Notes: generated from the letters alone by a model not told the origin. Shown: positions 40,403 through 49,038, counted from the stretch's first letter. The stretch: 49,551 nucleotides of DNA from Gallionella sp. (GCA_024653675.1 JANLIB010000164.1:1-49551); one strand, 5' to 3'. Numbers and translations are program-made.

Positions 40403-41164
40403 TCATGCCGCCTGTTCGGAAGGCAAGTCGGATTCGTTCGGCATATCCGATTGTCCTGCAACCTGCTCGACCAACTCGTTCATGGCCTGGGCACGTCCTT
40501 CCAGCACCGCGTCGGCGATAGCGCGTGCATACAAACGTATCGCCTGCGTGGAGTCGTCGTTGCCGGGAATGATGTAGTCCACGCCGAGCGGCGAATTGTT
40601 GGTGTCGACGATGCCGATCACGGGAATACCCAGTTTTTGCGCTTCAACAATGGCGCCCTTCTGGTAGCCCACGTCGATCACGAACAGCGCGGCCGGCAAG
40701 CCTTGCATGTCCTTGATGCCGCCCAGGCTGCGATTCAGCTTGTCCAGTTCGCGCTTCATCATCAGCGCTTCTTTCTTGGAGATTTTTTCATTCGCGCCAT
40801 CGGCAGTCATCTGCTCCAGCTCGCGCAGGCGCTTGATGGATTCCTGCACGGTCTTGTAATTGGTCAGCATGCCGCCCAGCCAGCGGTGATTCACAAACGG
40901 CGATTCCGCGCGCACCGCTTCTTCCTGCAGAATGTCGCGCGCCTGACGCTTGGTCGCCACGAACAGGATGGTGCCTTTTTTCGCGGACAGTTTGCGCACG
41001 AACTTCTCCGCCTCGGCAAACATCGCGACGGTTTTTTCCAGGTTGATGATGTGGATCTTGTTGCGATGGCCAAAGATGTACGGCGCCATCTTGGGATTCC
41101 AGAAACGGGTCTGGTGGCCGAAATGAACTCCGGCTTCCAGCATTTGACGCATTGATACAGACAT
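40403..41164 (-). CDS. rpsB: 30S ribosomal protein S2
   Basis: [34 protein letters not shown]. Confidence 0.98.
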   Translation of the reverse strand: MSVSMRQMLEAGVHFGHQTRFWNPKMAPYIFGHRNKIHIINLEKTVAMFAEAEKFVRKLSAKKGTILFVATKRQARDILQEEAVRAESPFVNHRWLGGMLTNYKTVQESIKRLRELEQMTADGANEKISKKEALMMKRELDKLNRSLGGIKDMQGLPAALFVIDVGYQKGAIVEAQKLGIPVIGIVDTNNSPLGVDYIIPGNDDSTQAIRLYARAIADAVLEGRAQAMNELVEQVAGQSDMPNESDLPSEQAA

Positions 41165-41341
41165 GATTACTCCAATCGTTAAGGGTTATGACTACCGCTC
41201 GCCAGCCTGACTCATATTGAACACCTATGAGCACCCCAACATGTGCGAACGGGAAATTTGCTCCGGTCTATTCCGAAGCGGCGCGCATTCTATCACCAAT
41301 GCGGCATTTTGCTCAACTTAAACTGACACTTAAATATCGAT

Positions 41342-41513
41342 GACGCTAAAAATTCAGAGTACGCCCAAATGCAAGGCGTGGAAAAAATTTGCGAGCATCC
41401 GCTACACGGATTGCCTGCTTACCCCACTTCGCAGCGCCGCATATGGTTGATATGTAAGCAAGAAATTTTTTTCACAACGCAGCAGTTGGGATGTAATCTG
41501 GATTTTGAGTTAC
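41342..41513. mobile_element. Degenerate ~170-bp MITE-like inverted element
   Basis: gacgctaaaaattcagagtacgcccaaatgcaaggcg ... caacgcagcagttgggatgtaatctggattttgagttac; supplies the permease stop codon. Confidence 0.6.
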
Positions 41514-44050
41514 TCGCGCAATATCGCCAGCGGCGGCAGCACGGACAAGCGGCGCGTGCCCAGCCATCCGGCCAGCGCAACCGTTGCGATGCCGCCCAGC
41601 ACGCCGATCGGCCAGATCACGGCGCTGGATTGATAGGGTATTTCCAGGACGAAACGCGCCAGCACCCAGCCGAGCAGCACTGCGCCCGCCGCCGCAAACA
41701 GCCCGCTCAAGCCGCCCAGCACGGTGAATTCGGCAAGGTGCAGACGGCGCAGGTAGCGCCCGTCCGCACCCAGCGTGCGCAGCACCGCCGCTTCGAAGGT
41801 GCGCTCGTCCTGCGTGGCGAGCAGCGCGGCGTACAGCACCGCGAAGCCGGACAGCAGCGTGAACAGGAACACCGCGCCCATCACCTGCGTGATCTGGTCC
41901 ATGATGTGGCGCACCTGGGCGATGATCGCGCCGGTGTCGATCACCAGCACGTTCGGGAACTCCCGCGCCAGCGCATCGCCCGCGCGCACCTTGTCCGGCG
42001 GCAGGTAGAAGCTGGTGAGATAGCTGGCCGGAAAATCGCTGAGCAGTTCCGGCGTGGCGATCACGAAGAAATTCGCCCGCATCGAATCCCATTGCACCTT
42101 GCGCAGACTGGTCACGCGCGCGGTAAAGGGCGTAGCCCCCACATCGTAGGTGAGCATATCGCCGAGATAGATGCCCAGCGTCCGGGCGATGCCCTCCTCG
42201 ACCGACAACTCGCCGCCATTCAGTCCTCCGTCCTCAGTCCTCAGTCCTCTGACCTGCCACCACTCCCCCTGCACCAGTTCGTTCCACTCCGGCATCCGCT
42301 CCATATAGGAAAGATTGAACTCGCGCTCCACCAGCCCGCGCGCCCGCGGCTCCGGATAACTGTCGCCATTGACGGGAATATCGTTGATCGCGACCAGCCG
42401 GCCGCGCACCATCGGCTGCAATTGCGGCGGCGGCAACCGTTCGCGCGCAAAGAAATCCAGCACCGGCTGCATCTGATCGGGCTGGATGTTCACGACGAAG
42501 CGGTTCGGCGCATCGGGCGGCAACTTGTCCTGCCAGCCCTGCAGCAGATCGCCGCGCACCAGTGTCAGCAGCAGCAAGGCCATGCCGCCCAGCGCCAATG
42601 CGACGACCTGCAGCGCGTTGTTGCGCACATGTCTTACCAGATTGTTAAGCGCATGCCGCCAATGCGATGCCAGATCCGGGACGTAACGCCCCAGCCCTCG
42701 TAATACCAGTCCGCGCAATATCAGCCAGGCCAACCCGCCGAACACGGCCAGCCCCGCCAGCAAGCCGGCCAGCACCGCAAAACCCAGCTCCAGCGAACCC
42801 GCGTGCCACAGGAACAGCGCCGCCAGCACCAGCACGGCCAGGCCATAGGCCAGCAGGATATTCGGCTGTGGCGCACCCAGCTCGCGGCGCAACACGCGCA
42901 GCGGCGATACCTTGCGCAGTTGCAGCAGCGGCAGGAACGCAAAGCCGAGCAGCAAGGCAAATCCGCTGGCTGCCGCCTTGATCGCGGGCAGCACGCCGGG
43001 CTGAGGCAACGCCGAATCGCGCATGACTTCGACGAAGGAGATCAAGACTGCCTGCGTGGCATAGCCCAGCGCGCAGCCCAGCAGCACCGCGAACAGACCA
43101 AGCATCAGGAACTGGTACAGGAACAAACGCAGCACCTGCCCCTGCTGCGCGCCGAGACAGCGCATCACCGCGCAAGTATCCAGATGGCGCTGCACGAAAC
43201 GCCGCGCAGCCAGCAGGATAGCCGCGCCCGCAAGGATCGCGGCGGTCAGCGCGGCGAGCCCGAGAAAATGCTCGGCGCGTTCCAGCGCACTGCGTATCTC
43301 GGGCCGCGCATCGCGCACGTCCTCCAGCCGCTCGTTGCCGGACAGCTTCGCCTTCAACTCGTCGCGCAGTGCAGCGACCTGCGCCGCCTCGCCCGCGACC
43401 ATCAGGCGATAAGTGATGCGGCTGCCTTCCTGCTGCAAGCCGGTCGCGGCGAGGTCTTGCACGTTCATCAGCACGCGCGGCGCGAAACTGGAAAAGCCGA
43501 CGGACTGGTCGATGTCCTTCACGATGCGCGCCGCCACGACGAAACGCTGCGTGCCGATATTCACCTCATCGCCGACACGCACTTCGAGACGGCGCAGCAA
43601 GCGATCGTCCGCCCACACTGTGCCGGGCGCGGGGATACCGCCACTACTCCCCTCTCCCGCAAGCGGGAGAGGGGCCGGGGGAGAGGGAGGATCGATCACG
43701 ATCTTCCCGCGCAACGGATATCCCGCCTCCACCGCCTGTATCTCGGAGAGCAGCGTCTGTTCGCGGAACGACACCATGCTCAGGAAGCTGCGGCTCTCGA
43801 CAGTTTGCAAGCCGCGCGCCTGTGCGCTGTTGCGGTAAACCGACGGCAGCGGGCGCGTCGAAGTAATGCGCAAATCCGCCCCGATCAAACTGGTCGCCTC
43901 CTGCTGCAATGCCTGCCGCACCCGGTCGGCGAACAGCCCGACCGTGGCGAGGCTGCCCACCGCCAGCACCAGCGCCAGCAACAGCACGCGCCACTCACCG
44001 GCGCGCCAGTCGCGGCGAAGAAGATTGAGGGACAGGCGGAGGAGGTTCAT
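41510..44050 (-). CDS. ABC transporter permease (YbbP/FtsX-like)
   Basis: LRRDWRAGE, GADLRI, YPLRG, PNRFVVNIQPDQ, REFNLS, LRTLGA; carries two in-frame repeat insertions. Confidence 0.92.
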   Translation of the reverse strand: MNLLRLSLNLLRRDWRAGEWRVLLLALVLAVGSLATVGLFADRVRQALQQEATSLIGADLRITSTRPLPSVYRNSAQARGLQTVESRSFLSMVSFREQTLLSEIQAVEAGYPLRGKIVIDPPSPPAPLPLAGEGSSGGIPAPGTVWADDRLLRRLEVRVGDEVNIGTQRFVVAARIVKDIDQSVGFSSFAPRVLMNVQDLAATGLQQEGSRITYRLMVAGEAAQVAALRDELKAKLSGNERLEDVRDARPEIRSALERAEHFLGLAALTAAILAGAAILLAARRFVQRHLDTCAVMRCLGAQQGQVLRLFLYQFLMLGLFAVLLGCALGYATQAVLISFVEVMRDSALPQPGVLPAIKAAASGFALLLGFAFLPLLQLRKVSPLRVLRRELGAPQPNILLAYGLAVLVLAALFLWHAGSLELGFAVLAGLLAGLAVFGGLAWLILRGLVLRGLGRYVPDLASHWRHALNNLVRHVRNNALQVVALALGGMALLLLTLVRGDLLQGWQDKLPPDAPNRFVVNIQPDQMQPVLDFFARERLPPPQLQPMVRGRLVAINDIPVNGDSYPEPRARGLVEREFNLSYMERMPEWNELVQGEWWQVRGLRTEDGGLNGGELSVEEGIARTLGIYLGDMLTYDVGATPFTARVTSLRKVQWDSMRANFFVIATPELLSDFPASYLTSFYLPPDKVRAGDALAREFPNVLVIDTGAIIAQVRHIMDQITQVMGAVFLFTLLSGFAVLYAALLATQDERTFEAAVLRTLGADGRYLRRLHLAEFTVLGGLSGLFAAAGAVLLGWVLARFVLEIPYQSSAVIWPIGVLGGIATVALAGWLGTRRLSVLPPLAILRE

Positions 44051-44445
44051 ACCTCTTCCCCTCTCACACTTGTGGGAGAGGGGTTAGGGGAGAGGGTCTC
44101 TGCGGATATAGCCTCGCCGGTGAGCGCCAGCCGTATCTGCTCCAACACACCTTCCGTTTCATTCATCAGTTCGTTATTCCAAAAACGCAACACTGTAAAA
44201 CCTTGGCTGCGCAACCATGAATCTCGCTCATGGTCGTACACCATACTTTCTGCGTGCTGCCCGCCATCCAGTTCGATGATCAGCTTCTCTTCCAGACAAA
44301 TAAAATCCACCACATAACGGCCTATAGGTTTTTGCCGCTTGAATTTTCTGCCCATAAAGCGATGAGCGCGCAAGTGATACCACAGCTTTTGTTCCGCATC
44401 GGTCAGGTTGCGGCGTAAAGTTTTGGCGTTATCCAGCAGGCTCAT
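44047..44445 (-). CDS. DUF559 / Vsr-like PD-(D/E)XK endonuclease
   Basis: AKTLRRNLTDAEQKLW..LR, KFKRQKPIGRYVVDFICLEEKLIIELDGGQH, DHERDSWLRSQGFTVLRFWNNE. Confidence 0.92.
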   Translation of the reverse strand: MSLLDNAKTLRRNLTDAEQKLWYHLRAHRFMGRKFKRQKPIGRYVVDFICLEEKLIIELDGGQHAESMVYDHERDSWLRSQGFTVLRFWNNELMNETEGVLEQIRLALTGEAISAETLSPNPSPTSVRGEEV

Positions 44446-44490
44446 GCTCGCCCTCTCCCCTGCCCCTCTCCCACAAGTGTGAGAGGGGAA
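44056..44490. mobile_element. DUF559 cassette bounded by ~41-bp hairpin inverted repeats
   Basis: 44056-44097 and 44450-44490 are near-perfect reverse complements. Confidence 0.8.
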
Positions 44491-44494
44491 ATGC

Positions 44495-44564
44495 ACAGCA
44501 CGCGCCACTCCCCGGCGCGCCAGTCGCGGCGGAGCAGGTTGAGGGAAAGGTGGAGAAAATTCAT
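44495..44564 (-). pseudogene. Orphan duplicate of the first 70 bp of the permease gene
   Basis: 61/70 identical to 43981-44050; reads MNFLHLSLNLLRRDWRAGEWRVL. Confidence 0.9.
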
Positions 44565-44574
44565 TTTCCAATCA

Positions 44575-45240
44575 CTATTCCACCCGCCCTGCGACAAGAC
44601 GCAACTGCTTTCTGCATCTTCGCGCCAGCGCTTCGTCGTGAGTGACGAGTATCAGCGTGGTGCCCTGCGCGCGGTTCAGTTCCAGCATCAGTTCGATGAT
44701 CTGGCTACCAGTGGCGGCGTCGAGGTTGCCGGTGGGTTCGTCGGCGAACAGGATCTTCGGCTGGGTGACAAAGGCGCGGGCCAGTGCGACGCGCTGCTGC
44801 TCGCCACCGGAGAGATGCTTGGGCAGGTGGTGCACGCGGGCGCTCAAGCCGACCTGGCGCAAGGATACCTCGGCGCGGGCATACGCATCGGCAGCGCCGC
44901 GCAGTTCCAGCGGCAGCATCACGTTCTCCAGCGCGGAAAGCGCGGGCAGCAACTGGAACGACTGGAACACGAAGCCCGCCAGTTCGCCGCGCAGCCTGGC
45001 GCGCCCATCCTCGTCCAGCGCGAACAGGTCCATGCCATTCAGCAACACACTGCCGCTGCTCGGCACGTCCAGCCCGGCGAGCAGGCCGAGCAGGGTAGAC
45101 TTGCCGGAACCGGATGCGCCGAGAATCGCCAGGCTCTCGCCCGCCTCGACCGCAAAACTTGCGTGGTGCAAGATGGTCAGTGGTTGGTCGCCGCTAAGCA
45201 CTTGCTTAGTAAGTTCAACTGCCTGCACAATCGCTGCCAT
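44575..45240 (-). CDS. ABC transporter ATP-binding protein (YbbA-like)
   Basis: GASGSGKST, GFVFQSFQL, LSGGEQQRVALARA, FADEPTGNLD. Confidence 0.95.
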   Translation of the reverse strand: MAAIVQAVELTKQVLSGDQPLTILHHASFAVEAGESLAILGASGSGKSTLLGLLAGLDVPSSGSVLLNGMDLFALDEDGRARLRGELAGFVFQSFQLLPALSALENVMLPLELRGAADAYARAEVSLRQVGLSARVHHLPKHLSGGEQQRVALARAFVTQPKILFADEPTGNLDAATGSQIIELMLELNRAQGTTLILVTHDEALARRCRKQLRLVAGRVE

Positions 45241-45928
45241 GAAAACTTTATCCCTCAGAGTTATCTTGCTGGTCGCCGCACTGCTGCTGCCGCATTCCAC
45301 CTATGCGGCAAAAAACATTTTGGTGTTTGGCGACAGTCTATCAGCCGGGTATGGCATCGCAATTGAAAAAAGCTGGGCATATCTGCTGCAACAGGAACTG
45401 ACGCGCACGCAGTCCGGCTTCAGCATCGTGAACGCCAGCATCAGCGGCGAGACCACGGTGGGCGGCAGGCAGCGCATCGCAAAGGTATTGAAACTGCACC
45501 GCCCGGCTGTCGTGATCGTGGCGCTAGGCGCGAACGACGGGCTGCGCGGTTACAAGCCAGCGGATATTGAAGCAAATCTCGGTGCGATCATCACACAGGC
45601 GCAGCGCGCCGGCGCCAGTGTGCTGCTGGCAGGCATGGAGCTTCCGCCGAATTACGGCTCAAGCTACACCGGAAAATTCCGTGATCTCTACCGGCGCCTT
45701 GCGGAAAAACATCGGGTCAAGCTGTTGCCGTTCCTGCTGGAGGATGTGGCCGCAGATCAATTCCAGCCCGACAACCTGCATCCCGTTGCCGGTGCGCAGG
45801 CGCATATCATGCGCACCGTGATGCAGGCACTCAAACCTCTTCTAAATAAAGAACAAATCAGCGTAGCGAGACCCCGTTCCGCTCTGAGAACCCTATCGCG
45901 CCCATCACCCCCGCGCCAAGTTTTTTAG
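45239..45928 (+). CDS. tesA: GDSL arylesterase / thioesterase I
   Basis: Signal peptide, FGDSLSAGYG, NASISGETT, LGANDGLRG, D.LHP; head-to-head with the ABC ATPase. Confidence 0.88.
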   Translation: MKTLSLRVILLVAALLLPHSTYAAKNILVFGDSLSAGYGIAIEKSWAYLLQQELTRTQSGFSIVNASISGETTVGGRQRIAKVLKLHRPAVVIVALGANDGLRGYKPADIEANLGAIITQAQRAGASVLLAGMELPPNYGSSYTGKFRDLYRRLAEKHRVKLLPFLLEDVAADQFQPDNLHPVAGAQAHIMRTVMQALKPLLNKEQISVARPRSALRTLSRPSPPRQVF

Positions 45929-46805
45929 CCAGGCGATCCGCAAAGTTTTCCCTGGCGGTGAAATCCACTATTTTCTCCGCCTTGACGACATCGCGCGCAA
46001 CTGATTCCAGCGTGCCATATCCATCCGCAAGACCCATCTCCACGCTATTCTGACCGTTCCAGATCAGACCGCTGAACGTGTCCGGCGTCTCCTTCAGGCG
46101 CTTGCCGCGCCCTTGCCTGACCACCTCGATGAATTGCTGATGGATTTGCGTGAGCATCTGCTTGACGTATTCCTGGTGCGCCGGATTAGCCGGCGAGAAC
46201 GGATCGAGAAAACCCTTGTTCGTGCCGGCGGTGATCAGGCGGCGCTCCACGCCGAGCTTGGACATAGTTCCGGTAAAACCGAAGCCATCCATCAGCACGC
46301 CGATGGAACCGATCAGGCTGGCCTTGTCCACAAAGATCTTGTCCGCTGCCGCTGCGACGTAATAGCCGCCGGAGGCGCAGATGTCATCCACTACCACATA
46401 CAGCGGAATCTTCGGATGCTGCGCGCGCAGACGGCGGATCTCGTCGTTGATCTGTCCGGCTTGCACCGGGCTGCCGCCGGGGCTGTTGATGCGCAGGATC
46501 ACGCCCTGCGTGTTCTTGTCGCTGAACGCATCCTGCAGGCTGGGAATCAGATTGTCGGCGCTCGCCGCGCTATCCGCAGCAATCACGCCCTGCATATCCA
46601 CCAGCGCGGTGTGTTTGCCGACGCTCAGAGCGGATTCACCATGACCCAGCCAGCCCATGAAAATGAACAGGATGATGAACAGATAGCCGAACGTCAGCAC
46701 CTTGAAGAATATCCCCCAGTGCCGCGCGCGGCGCTGTTCCTGCAAGGCCGACATCGCCAGCTTTTCCAATACGCCGCGTTCCCAGTTGTTGTTTTGGTCT
46801 GACAT
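45858..46805 (-). CDS. S49 (SppA-like) peptidase
   Basis: LRINSPGGSP, CASGGYY, GSIGV. Confidence 0.93.
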   Translation of the reverse strand: MSDQNNNWERGVLEKLAMSALQEQRRARHWGIFFKVLTFGYLFIILFIFMGWLGHGESALSVGKHTALVDMQGVIAADSAASADNLIPSLQDAFSDKNTQGVILRINSPGGSPVQAGQINDEIRRLRAQHPKIPLYVVVDDICASGGYYVAAAADKIFVDKASLIGSIGVLMDGFGFTGTMSKLGVERRLITAGTNKGFLDPFSPANPAHQEYVKQMLTQIHQQFIEVVRQGRGKRLKETPDTFSGLIWNGQNSVEMGLADGYGTLESVARDVVKAEKIVDFTARENFADRLAKKLGAGVMGAIGFSERNGVSLR

Positions 46806-46843
46806 TGCGACTCCTTAAAATTTATTCGAGCAACCTATGACCC

Positions 46844-47014
46844 CGTCATTCCGGCGCAGGCCGGAATCCAGGCAATCAAACAAACTTCCCCGCAGCGCGG
46901 GGACAAAATCAACATCATGTTAATAAACCCATCTGGATTCCGGCCTTCGCCGGATAACCAGCGACTTGACCGCTTGCGGGCTTAGTCGAATGGCTAGTTG
47001 TCTCATCAATGACG
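46844..47014. repeat. GTCATTCCGGC palindrome doublet with mini-insert
   Basis: Near-copy of 5519-5699, including the insert ataaccagcgactt...agtcgaatggcta. Confidence 0.85.
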
Positions 47015-47027
47015 TACTTAAAGTTTA

Positions 47028-47684
47028 TTACGCATTCGCCCTGAACCACGCGCGCAATTCCGCAAAATCCTCCACCAGCGCGAGCGGATTCAACTCCAGC
47101 AACTGCCCCGGCGGATGCGCGCCGTGCCCCACCGCCACCACATCCACCTTGGCATTCTGCGCCATCTGCATATCGTGGGTGGTATCGCCCACCATCAGGG
47201 TGCGTCCGTTACTGACCCCCAGTTCGTCCATCAGTTCAAGCAGCATCGCCGGATCGGGCTTGGAAAGAGTCTGGTCCGCCGTGCGCGTCGCATGAAAAAA
47301 ACCTTTCATGCCGGAGGATTCCATCGCCCGGCTCAAACCCGCGTTGCTCTTGCCGGTCGCCACGCCCAGCCGGTAACCGGCGTCGTGCAGTTCCGCTATC
47401 GTCTCGCGCGCGCCCTCGAACAACGGAATGTTCTCATCCTGCGCCAGAAAATGATGGCGATAACGCGCCACCAGATCGGGGTACATCGCCACCGGCAGAT
47501 CGGGCACAGCATAGCGCAACGCCTGCTCCAGACCCAGACCGATCACATGACGCGCGGTTTCATCATCGGGAACGGTCAACCCCAGATCGCGGCACGCAGC
47601 CTGTATCGAGCCGGAGATCACCGCAGTCGAATCCATCACCGTGCCATCCCAGTCGAACACGATCAAATCGTAACGTTTACTCAT
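47028..47684 (-). CDS. HAD-IA family phosphatase
   Basis: FDWDGT, VATGK, SKPDP, MVGDTTHD. Confidence 0.93.
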   Translation of the reverse strand: MSKRYDLIVFDWDGTVMDSTAVISGSIQAACRDLGLTVPDDETARHVIGLGLEQALRYAVPDLPVAMYPDLVARYRHHFLAQDENIPLFEGARETIAELHDAGYRLGVATGKSNAGLSRAMESSGMKGFFHATRTADQTLSKPDPAMLLELMDELGVSNGRTLMVGDTTHDMQMAQNAKVDVVAVGHGAHPPGQLLELNPLALVEDFAELRAWFRANA

Positions 47685-47762
47685 TCGCTTCAGCGCAGAA
47701 AAATGGGCGTGGATATTACCACCTTCGGGCTCCCCACCCAAAACCTGTGACACAATGCGCGC

Positions 47763-48938
47763 ATGCGAAAATCCCAGAACACCCTATGGTTGCTGTATTG
47801 CCGCCCCGGCTTCGAGCAGGATTGCGCGCAGGAAGCGCTGCGCCAGGCGAAGCAACAAAAGCCCATCATTGGTATTGAACAACCCGGTGTCATCGCCGAT
47901 AGCGGCTATGTTGTAGTCGCGCTCAACGATCAAACGCTGTCCTGTCGTGAACTGATCTTCACACGCCAGTTGATCCGCTTGCATCACAGCATCGCCACGC
48001 TGCCGGAGCGCGACCGCCTGACACCCATCCTTGATGCCATCGCTACCCTGCCCGGAACATTCGGCACGCTGTGGCTGGAGGTGCCCGACACCAACGAGGG
48101 CAAGCTGCTGACTACCTTTACGCGACGTTTTCAGCCGTTACTGGAGAGCGCGTTGCGCGAGCAGGGGCGCTTGCTGGATGAAACAATAAACACCGTTCGT
48201 GCTGAGCCTGTCGAAGCATCCCTTTTACACCCTTCGACAAGCTCAGGGCGAACGGAGGAAATTTCACCACGCCGAAACAATCATCTGCCGCGCCTGCACA
48301 TCTTCTTCCCCGGCAAATCATCCGCGCTGATCGGCACCAGCGACCCGCACAACAGCGCAGCGACTATCATGGGCATAGCCCGCCAGTCCATGCCCGCCGA
48401 AGCGCCGAGCCGCTCCACGATGAAACTGGCCGAAGCGATCGAGGTATTCATGGATCGCAGCGAACAGACCCGCTTGCTGCGGCAAGGCATGACAGCCGTC
48501 GATCTCGGCGCGGCGCCGGGCGGCTGGACCTGGCAACTGGTCAAGCGCGGCATCCGCGTCACCGCGGTGGACAACGGCCCGATGAAGGGCGCGCTGGACA
48601 ATCATCCGCTGGCGCAACATCCCCTTGTACAACATCTTCGGCAGGACGGCCTCAAGTACGCGCCGCGCAAAGCGGTGGACTGGCTGGTGTGCGACATGGT
48701 GGAGCAGCCCTCCAAAGTCGCCACGCTGATCGGCGCATGGTTCGCGGCGGGCTGGTGCAAGCACGCCATCTTCAATCTGAAACTTCCGATGAAAAAACGC
48801 ATCGACGCGCTGGACAGCGCATTGGGCGGCATCCGCAAACGGCTGGACGAGGAAGGTATCAATTACCGGATGATGGCGAAACAGCTTTATCACGACCGGG
48901 AGGAAGTCACGGTGTTTTTGACGAAGACCAAGGGTTGA
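47763..48938 (+). CDS. rlmM: 23S rRNA (C2498-2'-O)-methyltransferase RlmM
   Basis: LLYCRPGFE, APSRSTMKLAEA, AVDLGAAPGGWT, WLVCDMVE, FNLKLPMKK, QLYHDREEVT. Confidence 0.93.
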   Translation: MRKSQNTLWLLYCRPGFEQDCAQEALRQAKQQKPIIGIEQPGVIADSGYVVVALNDQTLSCRELIFTRQLIRLHHSIATLPERDRLTPILDAIATLPGTFGTLWLEVPDTNEGKLLTTFTRRFQPLLESALREQGRLLDETINTVRAEPVEASLLHPSTSSGRTEEISPRRNNHLPRLHIFFPGKSSALIGTSDPHNSAATIMGIARQSMPAEAPSRSTMKLAEAIEVFMDRSEQTRLLRQGMTAVDLGAAPGGWTWQLVKRGIRVTAVDNGPMKGALDNHPLAQHPLVQHLRQDGLKYAPRKAVDWLVCDMVEQPSKVATLIGAWFAAGWCKHAIFNLKLPMKKRIDALDSALGGIRKRLDEEGINYRMMAKQLYHDREEVTVFLTKTKG

Positions 48939-48957
48939 GGGTTAAAAGAATGATGGC

Positions 48958-49038
48958 GATGGGTAGCTGCGCTCAACCCATCCTACGAACTACGAACCTC
49001 ATATGCGTAGGATGGGTTGAGCGCAGCGATACCCATCG
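48958..49038. repeat. GTAGGATGGG REP pair downstream of RAYT 3
   Basis: gatgggtagctgcgctcaacccatcctac and gtaggatgggttgagcgcagcgatacccatc. Confidence 0.85.

Noticed and set aside
45843-45928. 71-bp convergent overlap of tesA with the S49 peptidase gene, and the overlapping divergent starts at 45238-45241
   Set aside because: The 3' overlap is most simply stop-codon drift, and head-to-head tesA/ybbA overlap is a known arrangement.
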